NCBI GenBank assembly: GCA_021325135.1 | Contig: JAJPHT010000021.1 | Location: 1-57,391 of the forward strand | DNA: 57,391 nucleotides | Direction of reading: 5' to 3' | Source of the DNA: Pseudomonadota bacterium | GTDB lineage: Archaea; Thermoplasmatota; SW-10-69-26; JACQPN01; JAJPHT01 | Shown here: positions 29,059-37,447 of the stretch, piece by piece | Numbering within the stretch: position 1 is the stretch's first letter | Layout: the number at the start of each line of letters is the position of its first letter | Made by a program: the position numbers and the translations under genes | Notes under the pieces: model-generated | What the model was told of the DNA's origin: nothing | Databases searched by the model: none | What the model saw: the letters and a program-made list of their open reading frames with translations, nothing else

Positions 29059-29118
29059 AGGGCCGAAATCCATTTATGCGGCCCCCATTTGTACGGCCTA
29101 ATCCACCGGGGTCCCCCC

Positions 29119-30183
29119 ATGGTCTTCGACGGCCGCTCGCTCCTGCCCGACCTCGATCCCAAGCGCATCACCATCGCGACGTACTGCAGCCACACGTCGC
29201 TCCAGATCTTCCACGGCGCGCGCAAGGAGGGGTTCCGCACGCTGGGCATCTGCGTGGGCGAGCCGCCGCGCTACTTCGAGGGCTTCCCCCTGGGGCGCCC
29301 TGACGAGTTCCTCGTCCTCAAGGACCACGCGGACCTCTTCAACCACGTCGAGGAGCTTCGCCGCAGGAACGTCGTCCTCGTGCCCCACGGCAGCTTCGTG
29401 GAGTACCTGGGCGCCAACCGCTTCCTGGACCTGCCGCTGGTGACGTTCGGCAACCGCAACGTGCTCCCCTGGGAGAGCGACCGCGGCCGCAGCAAGCAGT
29501 GGCTCGACAAGGCGGGCCTCCAGCTTCCTCGCCACATCACGGACCCGCGCGACATCATCGAGCCCGTCATCGTGAAGTACCACGGCGCCAAGGGCGGGCG
29601 CGGCTTCTTCATCGCGCGCAACTACCATGAGTTCAAGTCGCGCATCGACGAGACGAAGCCCTACACCATCCAGGAGTTCGTGCTGGGCACTCGTTATTAC
29701 CTGCACTACTTCTACAGCCCGCTGCGGGGCGACGCGTACCGCCTCAGCAAGGGCTCGCTCCAGTTCCTGGGCGTCGACCGCCGCGACGAGACCAACATCG
29801 ACGAGGCCAACCGCCTGGGCTCCATCGCGGAGCTGGAGGCCATCGGCATCAAGCCCACCTTCGTCGTGTCGGGGAACTTCCCCATGGTCATCCGCGAGAG
29901 CCTCCTGCCCAAGGTGTTCCGCATGGGCGAGGGCGTCGTCGAGACGAGCATGCCCCTCTTCGGCGGCATGATCGGCCCCTTCTGCCTGGAGACCGTCGTC
30001 ACCGACCAGCTGGAGTTCAAGGTCTTCGAGATCAGCGCCCGCATCGTCGCGGGCACCAACCCCTACGTCGGCGGGAGCCCCTACACCGAGATGATCGAGC
30101 CCGGCCTCTCCACCGGCCGCCGCATCGCGCAGGAGATCCGCCTCGCGGCGGAGACCGGGCGCTTGGCGGAGATCACCAGCTGA
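29119..30183 (+). CDS. purP: Formate--phosphoribosylaminoimidazolecarboxamide ligase
   Basis: CSHTSLQIFHGA, PHGSFVEY, GAKGGRG, FEISARIVAGTN. Confidence 0.95.
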   Translation: MVFDGRSLLPDLDPKRITIATYCSHTSLQIFHGARKEGFRTLGICVGEPPRYFEGFPLGRPDEFLVLKDHADLFNHVEELRRRNVVLVPHGSFVEYLGANRFLDLPLVTFGNRNVLPWESDRGRSKQWLDKAGLQLPRHITDPRDIIEPVIVKYHGAKGGRGFFIARNYHEFKSRIDETKPYTIQEFVLGTRYYLHYFYSPLRGDAYRLSKGSLQFLGVDRRDETNIDEANRLGSIAELEAIGIKPTFVVSGNFPMVIRESLLPKVFRMGEGVVETSMPLFGGMIGPFCLETVVTDQLEFKVFEISARIVAGTNPYVGGSPYTEMIEPGLSTGRRIAQEIRLAAETGRLAEITS

Positions 30184-30186
30184 AGC

Positions 30187-30235
30187 GGGGGGTTCGGGGG
30201 GCTGCCGCCCCCCGACGTTTCGCCCGTCGGCTGGA
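30187..30235 (+). repeat. Palindromic intergenic element, family A (single unit)
   Basis: ggggggttcggggggc-tgcc-gccccccgacgtttcgcccgtcggctgga; matches the unit at 34201-34248 on the minus strand. Confidence 0.75.
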
Positions 30236-30261
30236 ACGGAGATCGCGTCCGCGGGCCTGCT

Positions 30262-31296
30262 TCAGGCGTCTGCCGCCAGCGTCCCCGACGTGGCGCCGCC
30301 CAGCGTGATCGCGCCGTGGGTTTCTGCGGATTGCACCTCCAGGAAGAGCCAGTAGCCGTCGTCGCCGCCGGAGGCGGGGCACGCGCCGCTGCTCCAGCTT
30401 CCGGTCCACGCGCTGAGGCAGTCGTTGGCGTCCGTGGCGGGCGTGATGCTGCCGTCGGTCTGGCAGCCGAGGCTTGCGCCCGACGTCGGGTCCACGACCA
30501 CCGCGGGCCCCTCCGCGTCGTCCACGCCGTAGAGCCCGCGCACCGCGAGCCCGGTGACGTCCGTCGCCGTGCCGGTGGTGGCGTGGACGTTCAGGTCGTA
30601 GCCGCAGTCGTCCGTGACGTCCCAGAGGTTGGACGAGCCGAAGAAGCCGCCGCCGATGCCCAGGTCGTAGTCGCCGTCGAAGTCGTTGGGCACGCCGTCG
30701 CCGTCGCAGTCCGCGACGTTCGTGTCCTCCACCGTGACGAGGCCCGTGTCCACGCCCGAGGCGGGGGAGCCTTGCTCCTGCAGCGTGGTCGAGCCGATGC
30801 CCGGGGCGAGGGTGGGCCCGTAGGTGTGCGTGGGCTGGCTCGTCGCGGGGCACAGGCTGTTCGCGCCGCGCGCGCCGGGCTTCCCGTGGCCATGCCCGTG
30901 GCCCGGGCCCTTGTGCCCCGACCCCGCGCCCACGTGGCCGTCGCCGCTGGACGGGCTGGAGGCCCCGCACGATCCGGCGCCGATCCCTTCGAGTGAGCAG
31001 GTCCCCGTGCCCCCCGTGGAGGGGGAGGACGTCCCGATGCAGCCGCTCACGGGCGTGAACGGGCAGACGAGGGGCGGCGAGCCGCAGGAGCCCTCGACGG
31101 CGCCGACCTCGCCGCTGCCCGAGACGGTGATGGTCGAGCCGGGATCGCACGTGAAGGAGCAGGAGGGCGTGGACGCGCTCACGCTGCACGACGTGTTGGC
31201 GGCCAGCGCGGCCGGAGAGAGGGCGACAAGGCCAAGGCAGAAGCCCAGTGCGAGCAGCACGGCGAAGGCGCGTCGAGGAGCGGGGAGACGGATCAT
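30262..31296 (-). CDS. Secreted Cys-rich protein with His/Gly linker and DxDGDG motif
   Basis: Signal peptide; 8-Cys N-terminal domain; GHKGPGHGHGHG linker; DCDGDG..DFDGD. Confidence 0.75.
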   Translation of the reverse strand: MIRLPAPRRAFAVLLALGFCLGLVALSPAALAANTSCSVSASTPSCSFTCDPGSTITVSGSGEVGAVEGSCGSPPLVCPFTPVSGCIGTSSPSTGGTGTCSLEGIGAGSCGASSPSSGDGHVGAGSGHKGPGHGHGHGKPGARGANSLCPATSQPTHTYGPTLAPGIGSTTLQEQGSPASGVDTGLVTVEDTNVADCDGDGVPNDFDGDYDLGIGGGFFGSSNLWDVTDDCGYDLNVHATTGTATDVTGLAVRGLYGVDDAEGPAVVVDPTSGASLGCQTDGSITPATDANDCLSAWTGSWSSGACPASGGDDGYWLFLEVQSAETHGAITLGGATSGTLAADA

Positions 31297-31465
31297 GGTT
31301 ACACCTGGGTCCGCAAGACCGGGGCTGTAACGCCGTCGCCCCTGGATAAGAATTCGCCACGCCGGGGTTGGGATTTCCTCGACGGATTTGGCGCGAATCC
31401 GTATGGTTGTTATTGTGAAATCCCTGGCGCCCCTCTCGCCTTGGCGGCAAGCGTGGCGGGAAACC

Positions 31466-32284
31466 CTACTTGGTGGCCGCGATCACGTCCATGCTCCGCA
31501 GCCGCGCCAGGGCGAGGACGTTGAGCCCCACGACGTAGACGAGGAGGTTGGGCACGATCCACGCCCACGCGGAGGCGTCGATCCCTTGCGTGCCGGAGAC
31601 CAGGGAGATGGCCGCATTGGGCAGGGCGCGGGAGGCCCAGAGGCCCGCAGTGCCCAGGGAGACGAGGAGACCGCGCAGGACGTCGCCCGCGATCATGCCG
31701 CCCAGCGTCGCGCCGATGCCGACGCCCAGGCTTCGCGTGGCCAGCGTCGTGCCGAAGCCGATGGCGGCCCAGGCGGCGAAGCCCGCGGCGGCGCGCAGCG
31801 CGAGGAGCGCGAAGGCGCGTCCGTCGACGCTGAGCAGCGCCTCGTGGGTGACGCGGGAGAAGACCCACGCGCCGGCCACGCCGCCCGCGAGGGCGAAGAG
31901 GGCCAGCACGATGGAGGCCAGGCCCAGGAGCGCGAGCTTGGAGAGCGCGACGTCCAGGCGGCGCGCGCGGGCGAGGAGGAGCGTGCGCAGCGTGCCGCGG
32001 GAGAACTCCTGCCCCACGGTCTGCGCCGTGAAGATGACGAGGAGGGTGAGGCCGATGCTGGAGAGGATGCCCGAGACGAAGCCCACCGCGTCCTCGCGCA
32101 GGGGCGCCAGGAGCCCGGCCGCGCCGCCGCCCGACGAGGCGGGCGCCACGAGCACGCTGGAGAGGGCGAAGACGATGAGGACGAAGTAGCCCACGAGGAT
32201 CGCCGCGAGGACGAGCGTCGCGGGCTGGCGGCGCGCCTTGGCGGCCTCCGCCCAGAGGAGGGCCGAGAAGCGGGCGTGCGTCAT
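31466..32284 (-). CDS. ABC-2 type transporter permease
   Basis: EFSRGTLRTLL...K motif; about 6 TM helices; coupled to the ATPase. Confidence 0.88.
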   Translation of the reverse strand: MTHARFSALLWAEAAKARRQPATLVLAAILVGYFVLIVFALSSVLVAPASSGGGAAGLLAPLREDAVGFVSGILSSIGLTLLVIFTAQTVGQEFSRGTLRTLLLARARRLDVALSKLALLGLASIVLALFALAGGVAGAWVFSRVTHEALLSVDGRAFALLALRAAAGFAAWAAIGFGTTLATRSLGVGIGATLGGMIAGDVLRGLLVSLGTAGLWASRALPNAAISLVSGTQGIDASAWAWIVPNLLVYVVGLNVLALARLRSMDVIAATK

Positions 32285-33186
32285 CCGTCCCCCTCCGTGA
32301 TCTCCAGGAAGCGCTCCTCCAGGCCGCCGCTCTCGCGGGCGAGGGCGCTCACCGCGAGGCCCGCCTCCACGAGGCGGCGGTTCACCGCGGCCGCGGCCTC
32401 GGGCGCCGCGTCCACGACGAGGCGCCCGTCGGACTCGCGCGCGCCGCGCACGCCGGGCGCGTCGCGCAGCGCGGCCAGGGCGCGGGGGATGTCATCCACC
32501 TCCACCACGAGGCGCTCGCCCCTGGAGAGGAGCGACGCCATGGGGCCCTCCGCGACGACGCGCCCCTTGCGCAGGATCGCCGCGTGCGTGCACGTCTCCT
32601 GCACCTCGTGGAGGAGGTGGCTGGAGACGAGCACCGAGCGGCCCGCCGCGGCGAAGTCGCGCAGCAGGCGCCGCACCTCCAGCTGCCCCGCAGGATCGAG
32701 GCCGTTGGTGGGCTCGTCGAGGATGAGCACCTCGGGGTCGGGCAGGAGCGCGGCGGCGAGGCCCAGCCTGCGCTTCATGCCCAGGGAGTAGCCGCGATAG
32801 CGCTGGTCCGCCGCCTCCGCGAGGCCCACGCGCGCGAGCGTCGCGCCCACGGCCTCGCGCGGAGCGCCCATGAGCCGCGCGAGGATCTCCAGGTTGCGCC
32901 GACCCGAGAGGTACGGGTAGAACGCGGGCTCCTCCACCAGGGCGCCCGCGGCGGAGAGCGCCTCGGCGGGCGCCGCGGCCACGTCGCGCCCCGCGATGCG
33001 CGCGGCGCCTGCGTCGGGCGGGATGAGCCCCGTGAGCATGCCCAGCGTCGTCGTCTTCCCCGAGCCGTTGGGCCCCAGGAAGCCGTACACCGCGCCGCGC
33101 GGCACGCGGAAGCTCACGCGATCCACCGCGAGGAGCGCGCCGAAGCGCTTGGTGAGCCCGTCCACCTCGATGGCGAAGCCGTTCAC
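32281..33186 (-). CDS. ABC transporter ATP-binding protein
   Basis: GPNGSGKT, YSLGMKRR, LILDEPTNGLD. Confidence 0.95.
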   Translation of the reverse strand: MNGFAIEVDGLTKRFGALLAVDRVSFRVPRGAVYGFLGPNGSGKTTTLGMLTGLIPPDAGAARIAGRDVAAAPAEALSAAGALVEEPAFYPYLSGRRNLEILARLMGAPREAVGATLARVGLAEAADQRYRGYSLGMKRRLGLAAALLPDPEVLILDEPTNGLDPAGQLEVRRLLRDFAAAGRSVLVSSHLLHEVQETCTHAAILRKGRVVAEGPMASLLSRGERLVVEVDDIPRALAALRDAPGVRGARESDGRLVVDAAPEAAAAVNRRLVEAGLAVSALARESGGLEERFLEITEGDG

Positions 33187-33245
33187 GCCAAGGACCAGCG
33201 CGGCCCGAAGGAAAAGCCATCCGGAAGGCCGCCGCTGGCCCCGCG

Positions 33246-33905
33246 TTGATCACGGTCGTCCTGGCCGAGGCCGCGCTGGAGCTGATGCCCCCCGAGCTTC
33301 AGCGCCACCCCAAGGTCGTCGCGCGGGCCAAGAAGCGCCGCCGCGCGCCGGAGCGCCTTCTCTTGGACCAGGCGCTTGACCACGAGGCGATGCGCGGCCT
33401 TCCTGGAGCGGAGCGCCGCGGCCGCCCCGACATCGCGCACGTCTGCCTCCTGCTCCTCCAGGACTCGCCCCTCAACGCCGCGGGCCACTTGCGCGTCCTC
33501 ATCCACACGCAGGACGACGCGCTGATCTCCGTCGACCCCTCCACGCGCATCATGCGCAACGGCGCGAAGTTCGCCACGCTCGTGGAGGATCTCCTCCGGC
33601 AGGGCGAGGTGCCGCTGGAGAGCCCCCTGCTGAGCCTGCGCCGCGGAGTGCCCCTCTCGGAGGCGCTGCGCGGGCGCGGCCTCGTGGTCGCGCTGGACGA
33701 AGGGGGCGAGCCCGCGCGCACGGCCGCCTTCGAGGCGCTGGCCCGCGAGCACGAGGACCTCACGCTGGCGCTGGGTGCGTTCCCCCGCGGCGCGTGGCGC
33801 GCGCCCCCCGCGGCCGACCGCGTCCTCCGCGTGGCCGACGCGCCCCTCTCGGCGTGGAGCGCCCTCGTCCCCGCGCTGGCGGGCTTCGAGGACGCGCGCC
33901 TCTGA
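33246..33905 (+). CDS. nep1: Nep1/Emg1 family SPOUT methyltransferase, divergent paralogue
   Basis: LAEAALEL.P, RGRPDI.H, DSPLN, GAFPRG. Confidence 0.85.
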   Translation: MITVVLAEAALELMPPELQRHPKVVARAKKRRRAPERLLLDQALDHEAMRGLPGAERRGRPDIAHVCLLLLQDSPLNAAGHLRVLIHTQDDALISVDPSTRIMRNGAKFATLVEDLLRQGEVPLESPLLSLRRGVPLSEALRGRGLVVALDEGGEPARTAAFEALAREHEDLTLALGAFPRGAWRAPPAADRVLRVADAPLSAWSALVPALAGFEDARL

Positions 33906-33944
33906 GGCCGGAGCCTTTTCAAGGCCCCTCAGCGGTGGTCCTCC

Positions 33945-34157
33945 GTGGCCCCGCCCCCCGAGGAGAAGCCCAGCCGCCTGCGCGCCGCGCTCCTCTGGCT
34001 CCTCAAGGCGCCCTTCCGCCTCGCGTGGTGGCTCGTGAAGCTCCTCGGCCGCATGCTCTGGGCCGCCTTCCGCGCCGGCTTCAAGGCGGGCCGTCGCGCG
34101 CGCCGCGCCCGCGCCCTGGAGCCGCCGCCCGCCGAGCCCCCCAGGAAAGAGGCCTAA
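33945..34157 (+). CDS. Small basic amphipathic protein
   Basis: Trp/Leu/Arg amphipathic helix; TTTTCAAG box ~25 nt upstream of the GTG. Confidence 0.6.
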   Translation: MAPPPEEKPSRLRAALLWLLKAPFRLAWWLVKLLGRMLWAAFRAGFKAGRRARRARALEPPPAEPPRKEA

Positions 34158-34160
34158 AGC

Positions 34161-34248
34161 GGGGGTTTCAGGGGGCGAAGCCCCCTGACGTAGGAGAAAG
34201 TCCAGCAGACGACCGAAACGTCAGGGGGCTTCGCCCCCTGAAACCCCC
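34161..34248. repeat. Palindromic intergenic element, family A (inverted doublet)
   Basis: Perfect 31-bp inverted repeat 34161-34191 / 34218-34248; each arm contains tcagggggc-gaa-gccccctga. Confidence 0.9.
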
Positions 34249-34349
34249 TCGGGTAGCCGCGCTGCGGCGCGGCCGGACGACTCTCCCGAACCCCCCCATT
34301 TTTTTTTGGCCGTCGGAATCCTCAAACGGCGCTTTCTCCTGGCGCCCCT

Positions 34350-35078
34350 GTGCTCACCCTCGTCCTGGCCGAAGCCGAGCTGGAGCTTGTGCCCGAGAAC
34401 GTCGTGATGCACCCCCAGGTGCAGCGCGCCGCGCGCTCCCGCGACCGCCGCCCCTCGCGGAGCCTCCTGGACAGCAGCCTCCACCACGAGGCGCTGCGGC
34501 AGGTCCCCGAAGGCGAGCGCCGCGGGCGGCCCGACCTCGTGCATTTCTCGCTCCTCCTCGCGCTGGACAGCGCGCTCAACAAGGCGGACGAGCTCCGCGT
34601 CGTCGTCCACACGAGGAACGACGAGCGCCTCGCCATCCACCCCGACACGCGCCTCATGCGCAACTACCCCCGCTTCGTGGGCCTGATGGAGAAGCTCTTC
34701 CAGGAGGGCGCCTCGCCCAGGGAGAACCCCCTCCTCGTGCTGGAGCCGGGCTGGCCCCTGACGCGCATCCTGGAGCACCACAAGGCGGGCCCCGTCGTCA
34801 CGTTCTCCGAGAAGGGCCGCGCCGTGGAGCCCGGCGCGTACCTCGCCGAGAAGCGCGCCGCGTCGCCCGACCTCACGGTGGTGCTGGGCGCGTTCCCCCA
34901 CGGCGACTTCCACGCCGAGCCCTCCACGTGGAGCGACGAGGTCGTGGGCCTGGGCGGCGACGCGCTCTCCGTCTGGACCGTCGAGATGGAGGTCCTCGCC
35001 CACTGGGAGCGCGCCTGCGGCGTCTTCCCCCGAAGGCCCGGCCAGAGCGCTCAAACCACCCCCGACGCGCAAGCGTAG
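34350..35078 (+). CDS. nep1: 16S rRNA pseudouridine N1-methyltransferase Nep1
   Basis: RGRPDLVH, TRLMRNYPRFVGLMEKL, GAFPHGDF. Confidence 0.92.
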   Translation: MLTLVLAEAELELVPENVVMHPQVQRAARSRDRRPSRSLLDSSLHHEALRQVPEGERRGRPDLVHFSLLLALDSALNKADELRVVVHTRNDERLAIHPDTRLMRNYPRFVGLMEKLFQEGASPRENPLLVLEPGWPLTRILEHHKAGPVVTFSEKGRAVEPGAYLAEKRAASPDLTVVLGAFPHGDFHAEPSTWSDEVVGLGGDALSVWTVEMEVLAHWERACGVFPRRPGQSAQTTPDAQA

Positions 35079-35081
35079 GGC

Positions 35082-35984
35082 ATGGCCTTCGGCCGCACGC
35101 TGCTCCTCTTCGTCGCCATGCTCGCCCTCTTCGGCGTGGTCGGCTGGGTGGTCGGCGGCCTGTTCGCCAACGACCCGCTGACGGGCTCGCTGGTGTTCCT
35201 CCTCCTCGCGGCCGCGCTCAACGTCTTCAGCTACCTCTTCAGCGACAAGCTCGTCCTCTGGACGACGCGCGCCCGCCTCGTCAACGAGGCCGAGGCGCCG
35301 CGCCTGCACCGCATCGTCGCCGACCTCGCGCAGCGCGAGGGCCTGCCCAAGCCCCGCGTCGCCATCATCCCGAGCCCGCAGCCCAACGCGCTGGCCACCG
35401 GGCGCGGACCGCGCAAGTCGGTGGTCGCCGCCACCGAAGGCATCCTGCGCATGCTCGACGACGAGGAGCTTCGCGGCGTGCTGGCCCACGAGATGAGCCA
35501 CGTGCGCAACCGCGACGTGCTGACCATGAGCATCGCGGCGACGCTGGCCGGCGCCATCACCTTCGCGGGCCGCAGCGCGCTCTGGGGCGCCTACGGCGGA
35601 GGCGGCCGCCGCGGCAACCTCCTGGGCGCGCTGGTGGTGGCGATCCTCGCCCCCGTCGCGGCCATGCTCATCCAGCTGGCCATCAGCCGCAGCCGCGAGT
35701 TCCAGGCCGACGCCTCCGGCGCCCGCCTCGTGGGCGACCCCCTCCCCCTCGCGCGCGCCCTGCAGAAGATCGACGCCGCCGCGCAGCAGGTCCCGCTGGG
35801 CGTCAGCAGCCCCGCCGCCTCGCACCTCTTCGTCGTGAACCCTTTCCGGGTGGGCGGCTTCGCGTCCCTCTTCCGCACGCACCCCGACACCGCCGAGCGC
35901 GTGCGCCGCCTCGAAGCCATGGCCTCCTCCCCCGGCGTGCGCACCGGAGGCGCCTTCGGCCGGTGGCGGGCTCGTGGCGTCTGA
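35082..35984 (+). CDS. htpX: Zinc metalloprotease HtpX (M48)
   Basis: PNA.ATGR, HEMSH, SRSREFQAD, THP. Confidence 0.94.
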   Translation: MAFGRTLLLFVAMLALFGVVGWVVGGLFANDPLTGSLVFLLLAAALNVFSYLFSDKLVLWTTRARLVNEAEAPRLHRIVADLAQREGLPKPRVAIIPSPQPNALATGRGPRKSVVAATEGILRMLDDEELRGVLAHEMSHVRNRDVLTMSIAATLAGAITFAGRSALWGAYGGGGRRGNLLGALVVAILAPVAAMLIQLAISRSREFQADASGARLVGDPLPLARALQKIDAAAQQVPLGVSSPAASHLFVVNPFRVGGFASLFRTHPDTAERVRRLEAMASSPGVRTGGAFGRWRARGV

Positions 35985-36001
35985 TTCTTCCCCCTGGTCA
36001 A

Positions 36002-36101
36002 GGGTCCAAAGAACGCGACGAGCGCCACGAGCGCAAAGGACGCGACGAAAGAAAACTTGGCGACCTTGGCGCTCTTCGCGCTCGTCGCGTTCTTTGGACC
36101 C
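36002..36101. repeat. Palindromic intergenic element, family C (9-nt periodic hairpin)
   Basis: Perfect 24-bp inverted repeat 36002-36025 / 36078-36101, continuing imperfectly inward. Confidence 0.88.
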
Positions 36102-36117
36102 GAGACGAGAGAGGCTA

Positions 36118-36756
36118 TCACTCTTGGGCCCGGTCGAGAGCACGCCACCCGCTCCAGAAGCGCTGCAACGCGGTGAGGTTGCCCACGATGGCGAAGTACG
36201 CCAGCATGACGACCAGAGGATCCGCGCCGAAGGGGATGGCGAGGCCCAGGAGGTACGCGAGCCACACCAGGGCGGGAACGGCGATGAGGATGACCAGGCG
36301 GTCCGCGCGCCCCAGCCAGCCCGCGTACATGCGGCCCAGGCCCAACGCCTGCGCCTGCGTGCCCATGTAGCTCGTGAGGAACGTGCCCACCAGGGCGAAC
36401 ACGCCCCACGGGAGGCTGCCCAGCGGCGAGAGCGTGAGCCCGAGCAGGATCGCCGCGTCGCTGTAGCGGTCCACCACGTGGTCGAGGTAGTCGCCGCGCT
36501 TCGTCTCCTGGTTGGAGAGGCGCGCGAGCTTGCCGTCGAGCCCGTCGAGGACGGCGTTCACGGCCACCGCGGCCGCGCCCACAAGGAGGAGCCAGGGGCG
36601 TCCGCGGGTCGCGAAGCCGAACGCGGCGGCGGCCCCCAAGGCGAAGAGGAGCGAGACCAGGGTGAGCGCGTTGGGCGAGACGCGCCACCGGTGGAGCTGC
36701 CGCGCCGCGGGGGCCAGGAAGTTGCCCCAGCCCACTCGGTAACGCTCTAGAACCAT
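36118..36756 (-). CDS. CDP-alcohol phosphatidyltransferase
   Basis: DGLDGKLAR....G.YLDHVVDRYSD. Confidence 0.93.
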   Translation of the reverse strand: MVLERYRVGWGNFLAPAARQLHRWRVSPNALTLVSLLFALGAAAAFGFATRGRPWLLLVGAAAVAVNAVLDGLDGKLARLSNQETKRGDYLDHVVDRYSDAAILLGLTLSPLGSLPWGVFALVGTFLTSYMGTQAQALGLGRMYAGWLGRADRLVILIAVPALVWLAYLLGLAIPFGADPLVVMLAYFAIVGNLTALQRFWSGWRALDRAQE

Positions 36757-37289
36757 GGCAGGGACTCCAACGGCCAGCGGGCGGAACCCACGGGGGTCCC
36801 TTTCAAGGCTTCCGGCGGGGTGTCGGCGATCGTCCGAACGGCGTCCGCCAGGGCTTCGACGGTCTGGCGCGTGGCGTCGATCTCCACCGCGGGGAGCCCC
36901 GCGTCGAGGACCTCCTGGGCGAGGACGTCCAGCGCCTCGGCCTCCACGTTCTCGCGCACCTTGGCGTCGGGCCAGCCCCGCGCGCGGAGCCGGTCGACGA
37001 GGACCAGCGGGTCGACGCGCAGGAGCGCGATGGCGTCCACGTCCATCTCGTGGGCGAAGTGCCCCTCGATGACCACGGGCCCATCGGCGTCGTCGAGCAC
37101 GCCGTTGAGGCGCTCCGCCAGGTCGTCCACGTCGACGACGAAGCTGCCGCGCGCCTCGTCCCTCTCCACGAGGAGCCCCGCGGCGCGCGCGAAGTCGTTG
37201 AGGTGGATCACGCGCACGCCGCGCTTCGCAAGGGCCTCCGCCACCGTGGTCTTGCCCGTGCCGGGGACCCCCGTGAGCGCGACGCGCAT
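36747..37289 (-). CDS. Archaeal adenylate kinase (AK6/Fap7-like)
   Basis: TGVPGTGKTT, IEGHFAH, K.RENVEAE. Confidence 0.92.
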   Translation of the reverse strand: MRVALTGVPGTGKTTVAEALAKRGVRVIHLNDFARAAGLLVERDEARGSFVVDVDDLAERLNGVLDDADGPVVIEGHFAHEMDVDAIALLRVDPLVLVDRLRARGWPDAKVRENVEAEALDVLAQEVLDAGLPAVEIDATRQTVEALADAVRTIADTPPEALKGTPVGSARWPLESLPWF

Positions 37290-37339
37290 CGGGGGGCCAC
37301 GCCGCGGGCCCGGCTTATGGCTTGCTGGGCTCGTCCACC

Positions 37340-37430
37340 GCCTCCGGCGGAGGGATTGCGAATCTCCGAATCAGGATTTTTGGGCGGAGATTCGGGGATT
37401 CGGAGATTCGCGGATTCCCCGGCCGGAGGC
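37340..37430. repeat. Palindromic intergenic element, family B (GAATCYSC octamers)
   Basis: gcctccggc/gccggaggc termini; inner gcgaatctccgaatc/gattcggagattcgc; second copy at 53679. Confidence 0.85.
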
Positions 37431-37447
37431 CGTGAGAAGCGAGAGGG

